Numbered from the stretch's first letter, positions 51,155-61,615 are shown. The stretch: DNA of 64,000 nucleotides from an uncultured Desulfobacter sp. (GCA_963665095.1 OY762069.1:1696001-1760000), one strand, 5' to 3'. Notes: generated from the sequence alone by a model not told the origin. Made by a program: numbers and translations.

Positions 51155-52957
51155 ATGTCAGAAACCATGAAAACATCTACTGTGCTTCTATCTATTGTCA
51201 CAGCCATTACTGCAGTGAAATTTGTTTTATACTATGTATCCCACAGCAGTGCCGTACTTTCCGAAGCCTGGCACAGCTTTTCGGATTTGGCCACAACAGC
51301 GCTGGTGGTCTTTGCCATTTATCATCAGGAAAAAAAAAACAAAGCCAGGCAAACAGATTCACAGGCATCTGCCAACGGGTATGCCCCCAAAAGCAATTCC
51401 ATATCATCGCTCTATATCCGGGTCAGAAACATTAACTCGGAACTAAAAATAAGTGCTGCCATGGGCATGGCGCTGATGGCAGCTGCCAGCTCAATTTTAT
51501 GGCAGGCGGCAGGGAAAAACACCGTCCATATTTCCAATCCTCTGGTGACCGGCGCCATATTTATTGGCCTCTCCGGCATCTCCTATTTTGTATACCGGTT
51601 TGAAGCGTCCCTGGCCCAGCTTCAGAAATCAGCGGCTCTGGAAGCAGACAGCCTTCATAACCGTGCGGATATGATCATCTCCCTTTTAACCGGGATCTCT
51701 CTGATTGCCTATTACCTGGGGCACGATTTTGACCGGGTCCTCAGCATTGGTATTGCGTTGTATATATTTGCATTTGCCCTGGAGATAACGGTGAATTCCT
51801 TGTTAAGCATATTCAAAAAAGAGAGTAAGATCACCACCCGTTACAGATTTATGACCATCATATGGCGTTTTTTCAGCCCCCGGTTCTATGCAGGCTTATT
51901 TGGAAAAATCGATGCCCGGGCACAATTTTCACCGCGCGCAAAACAAATAATCAAGAATGTTTCCATACTGTTAAAAAAGCTCGCCTGCTGGGCACTTGGC
52001 ATTGCAGCCACAGGAGCGGTCCTTATGTATTGTTCCACTTTGTGCTTTACAGTCAAAGCAGACCAGCAGGCCATTTTGCTAAGATTTGGCAAAATGGTAA
52101 ATACCCATGCAACTTACGCTCCCGGGCTGCACTTCAAACTGCCCTGGCCCATAGACCAGGCCTGTTTTTTTACCACCCAAAAAATCCGCGAGATATCTGT
52201 GGGAAACCAGTCTTTTCCGGACAAACCGCTGATCTGGAATCAGGAACACGGGGACGACCGCATGTTCATTTCAGGGGATAACAACCTGTTTCTCCCCTAT
52301 GTTAAAATCCTGTACAAGCTAAAAAATCCTTTTGACTACTATATCTCTTTTAAACAGGGCGGTGCTGAAAAATTTCTGGAATATACCGCCTACCGGACAT
52401 TGATTCGCTTTTTTGCTGAAAATTCATTTTATGATATTGCCCTTTCCAGACGAAAAAGCTGGAGCGACCAGGTCAAAGCCAAAATTCAAACGGATCTGGA
52501 TGGCTATGCCACCGGACTTTTTATTGTTGACGTCTGTATTGACGACCTGCATCCGCCCCTGGAAGTGGCCGAATCCTATGAAGATGTTGTGGCGGCCTTT
52601 CAGGTCAAAGAAAAATTTAAAAACAGTGCCCAGGGGTATGCTGTTTACAAACACACCCAGGAACGCAGTAACGGATTAAAAACGGTTGTCCAGGCCGACG
52701 CCGACGTATTCCAGAAAATTCAGACCGCCCAGGGTGAAGCGGTCAATTATCTGCTGCAATTGCAAGGATACAATGCCAATCCTTCCGTTATCAGGCAGTT
52801 ACTGACCCTGGAAACAACGGCCGAAGCCCTTGCCAAAAGGCCAAAAATCTTAATTGACCCCCAAAGCGGCATCTCACAGGACCTCATATATATGGAAAAC
52901 TATCTGATCAGAAAACACCCCTTAAAACAAGATACCATCAGCAGGCAGAAACAATGA
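51155..52957 (+). CDS. Cation diffusion facilitator membrane domain fused to an HflK-like SPFH domain
   Basis: CDF motifs EAWHSFSD and ADSLHNRAD; then LLRFGK, PGLHFKLPWPID, ISGDNN, DLHPP.EVA.SYEDV. Confidence 0.85.
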   Translation: MSETMKTSTVLLSIVTAITAVKFVLYYVSHSSAVLSEAWHSFSDLATTALVVFAIYHQEKKNKARQTDSQASANGYAPKSNSISSLYIRVRNINSELKISAAMGMALMAAASSILWQAAGKNTVHISNPLVTGAIFIGLSGISYFVYRFEASLAQLQKSAALEADSLHNRADMIISLLTGISLIAYYLGHDFDRVLSIGIALYIFAFALEITVNSLLSIFKKESKITTRYRFMTIIWRFFSPRFYAGLFGKIDARAQFSPRAKQIIKNVSILLKKLACWALGIAATGAVLMYCSTLCFTVKADQQAILLRFGKMVNTHATYAPGLHFKLPWPIDQACFFTTQKIREISVGNQSFPDKPLIWNQEHGDDRMFISGDNNLFLPYVKILYKLKNPFDYYISFKQGGAEKFLEYTAYRTLIRFFAENSFYDIALSRRKSWSDQVKAKIQTDLDGYATGLFIVDVCIDDLHPPLEVAESYEDVVAAFQVKEKFKNSAQGYAVYKHTQERSNGLKTVVQADADVFQKIQTAQGEAVNYLLQLQGYNANPSVIRQLLTLETTAEALAKRPKILIDPQSGISQDLIYMENYLIRKHPLKQDTISRQKQ

Positions 52958-53838
52958 AACGAATTATACTTTTATCCGGCACAATTTTAATAGCCATCGC
53001 ACTTTACGGCTCACTGTTCACCGTAAAGGAACAGGAAGATGTCATCATCACGCGATTTGGCAAACCCATGAGAACCATCTCAACCGCAGGCATTTATTTT
53101 AAACTGCCTGGATTCCTGGAAACTGTAAACCGGTTTGACAAACGCATCGACATGTTTGAGACCCGGCCTACCCAGATGCTGTTGGGCGATAAAAAACCTA
53201 TTATCATCAGCTGTTTTGTCGCCTGGAACATCCATGATCCCCTGCTCTTTTTTCAATCCCTGGGCAACGGGCAGAATGCAGTGCTGAAACTCAATGATAT
53301 GGTCAACTCCCGTTTAAGCATTGTTCTTGCCGAATATGCAGATGAAAATATTATAAATATTGACCATTCCCGAATACGGTTAGGGGAAATTCAGCAGCAG
53401 GTCATGCATGATACCAATGAAAATGCCCAGAACAAATACGGTGTCTCTGTCCTTGATGTGGGTATTCAGCGCCTGGCCTACCCTGCCGTAGTTATCAAAG
53501 CTGTTTACGAACGTATGAAATCGGAACGGCAAAAGGAAGCTGACAAAATAACCGCCGAAGGCAAGGAGGAAGCCAACAAAATCATAACCCAGGCGGATAA
53601 GGAGGCCAGGGAACTCAGGGCAGCCGCCCAGAAAAAGGCATTAATAATCAAGGGGGAAGGCGACCGCAACGCCATGGAAATTTACGCCAAAGCCTATGGC
53701 AAAGATGAGGAATTCTTTGATTTTCTTAAATCCCTGGAAACATACAGCAGTGCGTTAAAAGACGACACTACCCTGATTCTGTCCACCCAGTGTGAGTTAT
53801 TCAAATATCTGCAGATGCATAAAGGGGATGGCAAGTGA
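52954..53838 (+). CDS. hflC: HflC-like SPFH protein
   Basis: IITRFGKP, DKKPI, VYERMKSERQKEA, GEGD..A..IYA.AY.KD.EFF.FLKSLE.Y. Confidence 0.88.
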   Translation: MKRIILLSGTILIAIALYGSLFTVKEQEDVIITRFGKPMRTISTAGIYFKLPGFLETVNRFDKRIDMFETRPTQMLLGDKKPIIISCFVAWNIHDPLLFFQSLGNGQNAVLKLNDMVNSRLSIVLAEYADENIINIDHSRIRLGEIQQQVMHDTNENAQNKYGVSVLDVGIQRLAYPAVVIKAVYERMKSERQKEADKITAEGKEEANKIITQADKEARELRAAAQKKALIIKGEGDRNAMEIYAKAYGKDEEFFDFLKSLETYSSALKDDTTLILSTQCELFKYLQMHKGDGK

Positions 53839-54815
53839 CCGACAAAAGCAGAATTAAAAGGGCACTGGGGGTCTCTTTACATCAGTTGATGCACCACTAC
53901 CTGAAATGGCTGTTGCTTTTTTTCTCATGCCTTTACCTGGCCACAGGTATTTATAATATTGAGCGCGACCAGGTGGGCGTGCTGACGCGATTCGGGGCGG
54001 TCACAGCGCCCAGGATCCAACCGGGGCTTCACTACAAACTGCCCTGGCCCGTGGACCAGATCCATAAAATTGCCTTAAAACAGGTAAAGACACTGGTCAT
54101 TAATGATTTCACCCTAAAATATGCAACAGATGAAAGCGGCCGGGCCTATAAATTTCACAAGGCCACCTTTCTGGACCCCTATTGCATTACAGGGGACAAT
54201 AATATTGTTTCCTGTACGTTAACGCTGAAGTACACCATTAGTGATCCTGTCTCCTATTTGTTCAAAAACAGACAAAGCCAGGCATTTGTTCATCGGGCAG
54301 CGGCCTCCTGTGTTGTTCACCAGCTGGCACAGCTAAATGTTGATGATGTTTTAACAACCGGGAAAAAAGCAATAGAGTTTCAGCTTAAACAGGCCATAAA
54401 TAAAAAAATAGAGGCGTTGAAAACCGGCATCACCATCTCGTTTCTGGAAATTGAGGAGATCAGTCCCCCGTCCAAGGTTCAGGATGCCTTTAATAAGCTG
54501 ATCAATGCCAAAGTCCAGAAAAAGAAAATGATAAACCAGGCCCAGGGGTACCGTAACCGGACGTTCCCGGAAGCCAGGATGCTGGCCGATAAAATCATTC
54601 AGGAGGCAACTGCATATAAAAAAGAAAAAATGCTGCACGCCGAAGGTGAAGCGGCAAGCTTTCTTGACCGCCTGGCCGGCTATCAGACAAACCCTGTAGT
54701 CAACCGCAGAAAAATCTATCTTGATTTTATTAAGACACTTTACCCCGCTTTAAAAGAGATTCGCGTGGTGGATTCGGCAGAAGGCAAAACAAGCACCATT
54801 ATCCCCATTCAGTAA
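53835..54815 (+). CDS. hflK: HflK-like SPFH protein
   Basis: GVLTRFG, PGLHYKLPWPVD, ITGDNNIV, PP.KVQDAF, AQGY.N...PEAR, AEGEA..F. Confidence 0.88.
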   Translation: MTDKSRIKRALGVSLHQLMHHYLKWLLLFFSCLYLATGIYNIERDQVGVLTRFGAVTAPRIQPGLHYKLPWPVDQIHKIALKQVKTLVINDFTLKYATDESGRAYKFHKATFLDPYCITGDNNIVSCTLTLKYTISDPVSYLFKNRQSQAFVHRAAASCVVHQLAQLNVDDVLTTGKKAIEFQLKQAINKKIEALKTGITISFLEIEEISPPSKVQDAFNKLINAKVQKKKMINQAQGYRNRTFPEARMLADKIIQEATAYKKEKMLHAEGEAASFLDRLAGYQTNPVVNRRKIYLDFIKTLYPALKEIRVVDSAEGKTSTIIPIQ

Positions 54816-54888
54816 CCACAGCTTTTATGTACCAACGTATGGCAATCCACCGGAAACTCTATTCACAATAGCATCGGAACTTCCCCCT

Positions 54889-55003
54889 TGTTTGGCCGAA
54901 AGCTGCCCATATGCACAAATAATTTGCAGCCGGAAAAGCCTCGCGGTTGTGAGATTGCAAATTATTCTGTAACGCAGCAGATGGGTGACTTTAGGTCCAA
55001 ACA
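54889..55003 (-). repeat. Palindromic MITE/REP-like interspersed element, copy 2
   Basis: Ends TGTTTGGCCGAAAG / CTTTAGGTCCAAACA; internal AATAATTTGCA / TGCAAATTATT. The minus strand shares the CA(T/C)CTGC.GCGTT...AATC..CAC...GCAT.TG.GCA.CTTT layout with copy 1. Confidence 0.65.
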
Positions 55004-56410
55004 CTAAATAAAAATCACCGTTCCAAGGAGAATCACCCCCAGATAGAGTGCGCCGAAGATAAGGCCCAGCCCCCACCAGCGGGCCTGCGGGATGTAACCG
55101 GCCCCGTACCACATGGGAGAGGGGCCTGTGGCATAGGGGGTGATGATGCCCATGACACCTAGGCTACCTGCAAGAAGGATGGCAAAGGGCATCAGGTGTT
55201 CTGCCGGCATCAGCTTTGAGGCAATGGCCATGAAAATGGGCATCAATGCCGTGGTGTGAGCTGTGGTGGAGGCAAAAAAGTAGTGCAGCAGAAAAAACAT
55301 CACCAGCATGGCAATGATCAGCATGGCAGGCGTCAGGGAGGCAAGATAGATCTGGGTATTTTCCCCGATCCACTCCAGTATGCCCACCTCTTTAAGGCCG
55401 GATGCCATGGCCACAAGTGTTGCAAACCAGATCAGCACATTAAAGGCCGCCTTGTTTGAAATGACATCATCCCAGGAGATCACGTTGCACAGCGCCATGA
55501 CCGATACAATGGCAATGGCTGCCGTGGTGGCATCAATGCCGAACTTTGCACCAAATATCCATAAGATCAGGGCTGCCAGGGCAAAAAGACCCATCAGGAT
55601 CTCCTTATGTGTCACACCGCCGAGTTTTTCCAGCTCCTTTGCCGCCCAGGCCGGCGCTTCAGGGGATTTCTTCTGGGTGGGGGGATAAAGCAGGTACCCC
55701 AGCCAGGGTGTTATCAGAAACAACGGGATCATCAGCGGCATCATAATGGATGCCCAGGCTGTCCAGGAAATGGTATGTCCCGTACTTTGAGAAATCATGT
55801 CAACGGCAAGAAGATTCGGGGCCAAGGCCGTCATGAACATGGAACTTGTCACGCAGGTGGCTGAGATGGCCACCCAGCAGATATAGGCCCCAAGTTTTCG
55901 GGGCTCGTTCTCAGGGGTGGAGTTAAAAACCAGGGGGATGTTGGATGCCACCGGATATATGGTGCCGGCGCTTCTGGCCGTATTTGAGGGCATAAAGGGT
56001 GCCAGGATCAGGTCCGAAAGTGCCACGGCATAGCCCAGCCCTAAGGAGTGTTTTCCCATATACTTGATCATGATCAGTGAAATCCGCTTACCCAGCCCTG
56101 TTCTTTTATAGCCCAATGCAAACATGAAGGCGGCAAATATAAGCCAGATCACAGAATTTGAAAAGCCCGAAAGTGCCCAGGTAATGCTCTGTTTTGGCGA
56201 TCCCATCACCCCCAGTACCGCCACAAGGGAAATCCCTGCAAATCCCACAAGGGCGGCAGGTACCGGCTCCACAATCAGCCCAACCACCACAGCCATGAAC
56301 ACTGCCATAAAATGCCACGCCTGTGCCGAAAGGCCCTGGGGTGCTGGAATAATCCAGAACACCAGTAACACGGCGACTGGAATAATCATTTTAACTTTTT
56401 GTGCCGTCAT
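55004..56410 (-). CDS. DASS-family anion permease (CitT/TtdT-like)
   Basis: PSNTARSAG..YP, TSSMFMTALAPN, HYFFASTTAH, ITPYATGPSP. Confidence 0.92.
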   Translation of the reverse strand: MTAQKVKMIIPVAVLLVFWIIPAPQGLSAQAWHFMAVFMAVVVGLIVEPVPAALVGFAGISLVAVLGVMGSPKQSITWALSGFSNSVIWLIFAAFMFALGYKRTGLGKRISLIMIKYMGKHSLGLGYAVALSDLILAPFMPSNTARSAGTIYPVASNIPLVFNSTPENEPRKLGAYICWVAISATCVTSSMFMTALAPNLLAVDMISQSTGHTISWTAWASIMMPLMIPLFLITPWLGYLLYPPTQKKSPEAPAWAAKELEKLGGVTHKEILMGLFALAALILWIFGAKFGIDATTAAIAIVSVMALCNVISWDDVISNKAAFNVLIWFATLVAMASGLKEVGILEWIGENTQIYLASLTPAMLIIAMLVMFFLLHYFFASTTAHTTALMPIFMAIASKLMPAEHLMPFAILLAGSLGVMGIITPYATGPSPMWYGAGYIPQARWWGLGLIFGALYLGVILLGTVIFI

Positions 56411-56583
56411 ACCATCTCCTTTCTAACAATCAACTTGGGGACAAATGTATCAGTCATAGAATATCAACAGCCTTCTGTTATGACGTCCCATTCATATCAC
56501 ACAAAAATTAAAATTTCATTTCGTACCATTAAAAAATCGTCCTAAAGTTCAACCCTTGCCGATAAAAGGTAAAACAAACTCAT

Positions 56584-56653
56584 TATACTTTAACTACTTT
56601 TAAGTATATAGCTAACTTTTTTAATTGACATAACTATAGTCTGTTAATATAAG
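56584..56653 (+). promoter_or_regulatory. Palindrome TATACTT-N11-AAGTATA followed by a sigma70-like promoter for the TonB receptor
   Basis: Perfect 7-11-7 inverted repeat at 56584-56608; TTGACA (56625-56630), 17 bp, TATAAG (56648-56653). Confidence 0.5.
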
Positions 56654-56770
56654 AATATGGATTTTAGACAAAAGCCGCGATGGAGCTATATTTCTGGCTC
56701 ATAATAGCCAAATCAAATATGAAGCGATGTTATTATTTTTGATTGTCTTTTTAAAATAAAAGGAGAAAAA

Positions 56771-58651
56771 ATGAAAAAACTTATGCAGGTCATAGGGGCA
56801 GTTTGTCTGCTATTTCCACTGACGCTCAGGGCAGAGGTCAGCGTCGGCCCCACAGTGGTGACAGCCACCCTGTCGGAAAAATCACTTGAAGAGGCCCCGG
56901 GCTCGGTGGAGGTGATCACGGCCCTGGATATTGAACAGATGGGGGCAACCACCTTGAACGAAGCACTGGAACAGGCTGTCGGCCTTGTGGTGGCATCGGA
57001 TTCAGGGCGGGCACAGGTTGCCAATATCAGGGGCACCGGAAACAAAAGAAGCCTGATACTCATTGACGGCAGGCGCATGGCTGCCGGATACAAGGATTTT
57101 ACCGGGACGGAACAGATCCCGGTTGACATGATCCAGCGCATTGAAATTGTGCGGGGGCCGGGGTCTGCCATTTACGGCAGTGATGCCATTGGCGGTGTGG
57201 TGAACATTATCACGAAAACTGCGCCAGATGAAACAGCCGGCGGTGTAACCGTCCGGTACTCAAGCCACCTGGATAAGGATTCGGACGGCGGCATGGGCTC
57301 AGCCTGGGTGGGCTCCAAAATTGGAAAAACCCGGTATATTCTGTCCGGCTCCGCCCAGAGCAGCTCAGGATGGGACGCGGACGGGGAAACTCCGGACGAC
57401 GGCGATTCCAAAGATCTGAATGCGGCTGCCGGAAGGATTTCCCATGAATTGACAGATGCCTCAACCTTAAGTGCCGGCTTTGAATATTCAAACCTGGAAC
57501 AGCAGGGGGAACGCTATTACCAGAGTCAGAGCCGGGAGCGCAGCGCGGAAGATGAGCGTCTCAACTACTTTCTCCAGTACGATAATAAAATAAACCGGGA
57601 CGGAGTTCTCCTGGTCCGGGCCTACCGGTCCGAGCATCAGGATGAAATCGGGTTTACCCCCGCCGCTTCCACCACCGGCGAAGAGGATGCTGACCGCTGG
57701 CTGAACCAGGTTGAGGCAAGGTATACCGGCCCTGTGATGAACACCCATCTTTTGTCCGTCGGGGCCGAGTTCCGCCAGGAAGGCCGGGAGGACTGCACAG
57801 GTGGTGACGATGACCTGGACAACACCAGTTTATTTATCCAGGATGAATTCCAGATTTTCTCTCCTGTGTATATGACTGCCGGGCTGCGCTATGACAACCA
57901 TTCCGAATTCGGAGGCCAGTTTTCCCCCAAAGCATCCCTGATATACAGCATTTTGGACGAATTAAAACTCAAAGCGTCCATCGGCAAAGGGTTCCGCGCC
58001 CCGTCCATTTCAGAACTGTTTGTGATTTCTTACCGCAGCAAAGGCAAATATGTCTACAATCCCAATCCGGATCTTGAACCGGAGGAGTCCCTTTCCTATG
58101 AAATCGGTATTGAAGGGGGCACACAATCGTTTTCCGGCGGTCTCACCGCCTTTAGAAATGACATTGACAACCTGATTGATGCCGAGTTCATTAATGCCAC
58201 TGGGTCAGGAAAAAACAAAATCTCCTATTACCAGTACCGCAATATTTCCGAAGCCAGAACTCAAGGGCTGGAAGCCAGGGCAGACGTTGCCCTGCCCCTG
58301 CATCTGAAGGCCGCAGCCAGTGTGACCTGGCTGGACACTGAAAACAGGGAAACCGGAGAAGAGCTGGAAGGCAATCCGGATATCAAGGGCGTATTCAGCA
58401 TTACCTATTATCATCCGGAGTATAAATTTCGCGCTGGCACCCGGATCAATTATACGGGTGAGCAGTACATGTCCGATGCCGAAGATAAAAGTGACTATGT
58501 AACGGTCAACCTCTATCTGTCCAAGGATTTTTCAAACCAGATCCAGGTATTTGCCGGCATTGATAATCTTTTTGATGAAGAGAAGGCCTATGACGGTGTT
58601 ACCTATGTGGAGCCGGCCACAGCCTACGCCGGATTCAGTATTCAATTTTAG
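56771..58651 (+). CDS. TonB-dependent outer membrane receptor (BtuB/CirA-like)
   Basis: TonB box TVVTAT, IRG...LILIDG, RIEIVRGPGSAIYGSDAIGGVVNIITK, NLFD, C-terminal F. Confidence 0.95.
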   Translation: MKKLMQVIGAVCLLFPLTLRAEVSVGPTVVTATLSEKSLEEAPGSVEVITALDIEQMGATTLNEALEQAVGLVVASDSGRAQVANIRGTGNKRSLILIDGRRMAAGYKDFTGTEQIPVDMIQRIEIVRGPGSAIYGSDAIGGVVNIITKTAPDETAGGVTVRYSSHLDKDSDGGMGSAWVGSKIGKTRYILSGSAQSSSGWDADGETPDDGDSKDLNAAAGRISHELTDASTLSAGFEYSNLEQQGERYYQSQSRERSAEDERLNYFLQYDNKINRDGVLLVRAYRSEHQDEIGFTPAASTTGEEDADRWLNQVEARYTGPVMNTHLLSVGAEFRQEGREDCTGGDDDLDNTSLFIQDEFQIFSPVYMTAGLRYDNHSEFGGQFSPKASLIYSILDELKLKASIGKGFRAPSISELFVISYRSKGKYVYNPNPDLEPEESLSYEIGIEGGTQSFSGGLTAFRNDIDNLIDAEFINATGSGKNKISYYQYRNISEARTQGLEARADVALPLHLKAAASVTWLDTENRETGEELEGNPDIKGVFSITYYHPEYKFRAGTRINYTGEQYMSDAEDKSDYVTVNLYLSKDFSNQIQVFAGIDNLFDEEKAYDGVTYVEPATAYAGFSIQF

Positions 58652-58746
58652 TTGATACCCATCCGGAAGATCCGGAAAAAAGATATGAATCGTAAGCCGG
58701 CCGCCTGCCTGGACTGAATTAAACTTAGATTAAGGAGATAAAAAGT

Positions 58747-60249
58747 ATGCCGGAAAAAATGGCTAAAATGTTTATTCTTACCTCATTGCTGTTTCTTTTG
58801 ATCGGCTGTATTGAGGGCCTGATGTTTCCTTTAAAATTTTACTTTAAACCGGTGGCACAATCCCTGTTCCACATACCGCCGGACCAGATAAAAGCATTTT
58901 TCGGGTATTTTGTGACCAAAATCCACACCCACGTCAACCTTATCGGCTGGGTGAGTTCCGCACTCATGGGAACCCTTTATTATCTGGCCCCGAAAATCAG
59001 CGGCCGGCAGAGATATCTTGCCTGGGCGGCCTGGGGCAACTGGGGATGCCACAGTGCCGGGGTCCTGCTTGTGGCCGCAGGATTTCATATTATCGGCATT
59101 CTGGGGCTGACATCAGGGTTTGATCCCGGTTCCGTGGAATTCAGGGCTGCCGCTGTTCCGGGCAAGCAGCTGGTGGTCGCCGGCGGTGTTTTGATTATGC
59201 TGTCCATCCTGCTCTTCAGCCTGAACATGCTCAAAACCCTGCTGGTAAAAAAAGAGAGGCAGCAATCAACTGAGCCCGGGAATCTGTCGCTGCATAAAAA
59301 AATCGCCACCGCCACAGTCATTATCGCCGCAGGTATTTTCATCATCAATACCACCCCATGCAAGGCGTCCCCCCAGGCAGTCCTGGAAAAGGCAGATGTA
59401 ATCATCATCGGGGACCGGCTTGTGGATATTTCCTACAACCTGGGCGTGTTGCCTAAAGCCATGTCCGTCCGCTGTTCGCTGTGGCCGCTATGCGACACGT
59501 TAAAAACATCCACCCAGGTGCTGGGCTGCCCCAACTGCCTTAAAAAGAAAAAGGCCGGGCCCCTGATTCAATTTGCAAAAAAACACCAGATAAAAAAAGT
59601 AATCATTGAAAAGGGAAATCCCTTCTGTTGCCTGGTGCCGGAACTGCACCCGGAAGAGATGGCAGACATGCTCGAACAACAGGGATTATCAGTAACGGTT
59701 GTGGAATATTCCGGGAATCTGGGCCACACGGTAAACCAGATGGCAGTCCTGTTAGGAAAAGCAGATAAGGCAAAAGCCCTGCTTGACACCTATGAAAAAG
59801 AACTGACCAGGGTCATGGAAACGGTGAGCAAAAAAACCTTTGCCCAACGGGTGGTCATTCTTAACGGCGTATTCCAGGCAGCCTCCGGAAAATCCTTTTT
59901 ACGGGTGGAAAGCCCGGGCGGATATGCCGATAAGTTCCTGTTGTCTGTTTTAAAAAGCGTTAATGTGGGCAATGAGATGGTCACTGCCGGTACAAAACCG
60001 GCAAAGGGGCACTTTACCATCCGCAAACTCAATAAACTTCTAACAGCGGCTCCGGATGCCATCATCATCACCGGTGACGGATTTGCCGTTCAAAAAGCCC
60101 TGGACCGCGCCCTTGCCGACAACCCGGAACTGGCTAAGGTACCGGCCCTGAAAAACCAGGCTGTCTATAATCTGCCCGGTTTTGTCCAGTCCAGCCTGAT
60201 TGAATATCCGGCCATTCTATCGCAATGGGCCTTTGTGCTTGAACGCTGA
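58747..60249 (+). CDS. Fusion of a His-bearing 4-TM domain (cytochrome oxidase subunit I fragment-like) and a Cys-rich helical-backbone ABC substrate-binding domain
   Basis: KIHTHVNLIGWVS..LMG.LYY..P; internal hydrophobic stretch; then VDISYNLGV, RCSLWPLC, GCPNC, PFCC, PDAII, VPALKNQAVYNLP. Confidence 0.7.
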   Translation: MPEKMAKMFILTSLLFLLIGCIEGLMFPLKFYFKPVAQSLFHIPPDQIKAFFGYFVTKIHTHVNLIGWVSSALMGTLYYLAPKISGRQRYLAWAAWGNWGCHSAGVLLVAAGFHIIGILGLTSGFDPGSVEFRAAAVPGKQLVVAGGVLIMLSILLFSLNMLKTLLVKKERQQSTEPGNLSLHKKIATATVIIAAGIFIINTTPCKASPQAVLEKADVIIIGDRLVDISYNLGVLPKAMSVRCSLWPLCDTLKTSTQVLGCPNCLKKKKAGPLIQFAKKHQIKKVIIEKGNPFCCLVPELHPEEMADMLEQQGLSVTVVEYSGNLGHTVNQMAVLLGKADKAKALLDTYEKELTRVMETVSKKTFAQRVVILNGVFQAASGKSFLRVESPGGYADKFLLSVLKSVNVGNEMVTAGTKPAKGHFTIRKLNKLLTAAPDAIIITGDGFAVQKALDRALADNPELAKVPALKNQAVYNLPGFVQSSLIEYPAILSQWAFVLER

Positions 60250-60301
60250 TCAAGCCTATGAATTTCTCAGAATGTGAAACAGAACACGCACATGCGTGTA
60301 C

Positions 60302-60368
60302 GCCGGCAGGACAGTTCCCGTTATCCTGCCGGCACCACCTTTACCCGGGTTGCTCTGTTCAGCCCGGG
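60302..60368. terminator. Twin hairpins between convergent genes
   Basis: GCCGGCAGGA/TCCTGCCGGC and CCCGGG.../...CCCGGG. Confidence 0.55.
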
Positions 60369-60394
60369 ACTACAGCCGGATAAAGGGAACCAAA

Positions 60395-61237
60395 TCAGAT
60401 TTTCGGACTGTAATGGCGTTTAAGCCAGGAGCCTAAACCGTCAAGTCCGGGAAAAAGCACCCGTTCCGTAATATTGCATAAGTCCAGTTTGTCCCGGCAT
60501 TCCCATTTAAGTTCAGCCGGAATGATGATCCGCTGGAAAAGGTCCGGGTGAAGGTTGAGCCAGTCATCAATAATGCGGGCCGGGTTGGGCATTACTGAAA
60601 AAAGGGCATACTGGTTGACAATGCGTTCATCAATGGAGGGCGGTTCAAAAAAGAGCAGAAACTCATCCGGTGCGCCTAAGGCATCAAACTGGGTTAAAGT
60701 TTCCACATACCGGTGAAAGGTCTGGTCCCCGGCCCGGCACTCCTGACCCTCCTGCCCCATGCTGGTGAGCAGCTCCACCGTAAAGGCCTGGGCCCCTTCG
60801 GCGGCGAGCTGCTCTTTGAGCTCCGCCGGCAGCCGGTCATGGACCTGCTCATAATCCACGCGCCAGATCACCCCGTCAAGGTCAAACCGTTCAATATTGG
60901 CCAGGGCAAAATGCAGGGCAATATAGGGGGAATAGGTCCAGTCCATGAGCCGGGTAGGCAGCCCGTGGTGCTGGGCCACAGCCAGCAGGTGCCAGAAGGA
61001 GTCCGGGTCTTCCCCGCCCTGGGCCCGGGAATATTTTCGGAAGTTGCGCAGCAGATGCTTTTCAAGCTGCCAGTAAGGTCCGCCTAAACGCATCAAAGAA
61101 GTTTCAAGGCGATATGCGGCATCAGACAGCCCCCTGTAAACAAAAGGGGGCCGGTACCGCCGGATGGCATCGTTCCAGGATCCTTTAAACAATTCCTCCT
61201 GGAGCATTCCCCAGGACTTGGCAATGATGTCCGGCAT
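60395..61237 (-). CDS. FRG domain protein
   Basis: VYRGLSD, AQHHGLPTRLMDWT.SP.IAL.FA, RIVNQYALF, LFPGLDG. Confidence 0.92.
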   Translation of the reverse strand: MPDIIAKSWGMLQEELFKGSWNDAIRRYRPPFVYRGLSDAAYRLETSLMRLGGPYWQLEKHLLRNFRKYSRAQGGEDPDSFWHLLAVAQHHGLPTRLMDWTYSPYIALHFALANIERFDLDGVIWRVDYEQVHDRLPAELKEQLAAEGAQAFTVELLTSMGQEGQECRAGDQTFHRYVETLTQFDALGAPDEFLLFFEPPSIDERIVNQYALFSVMPNPARIIDDWLNLHPDLFQRIIIPAELKWECRDKLDLCNITERVLFPGLDGLGSWLKRHYSPKI

Positions 61238-61615
61238 AATCTTTCCCCTTTCCGGGCAGCCCCGTTCATCTGATTTTTCCGGCAACCGGAACTAACTGCG
61301 CATGGAAATTCATAATATTAAATCCTTAAGGTATATTGGATTTGATTAAATAATGATACGGTAAAAAATGCAATAGTTCGAATTCAAGGGAAGTCACGGT
61401 GTATCTAAAACCGCTCTTTAAAGTTCGGGTACAGCCACAGGATATTTTCATTTTCATCATAAATCAGTCTGCGGGCTTTGAAGCGCTGGGTAATAAAATA
61501 AATTTCCATTGAAATATTTTATGTGTGCCTTTGGTTAAAATTGAAATTTCACTTGAATTTAAACAAAAATTCCATTTTAAGATAGCTTCAGTGAAAACAA
61601 ACAAAAGGCGGGCAA

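Noticed and set aside
56411..56770. Cobalamin riboswitch ahead of the TonB receptor
   Set aside because: Region is AT-rich and lacks recognisable B12-box elements.
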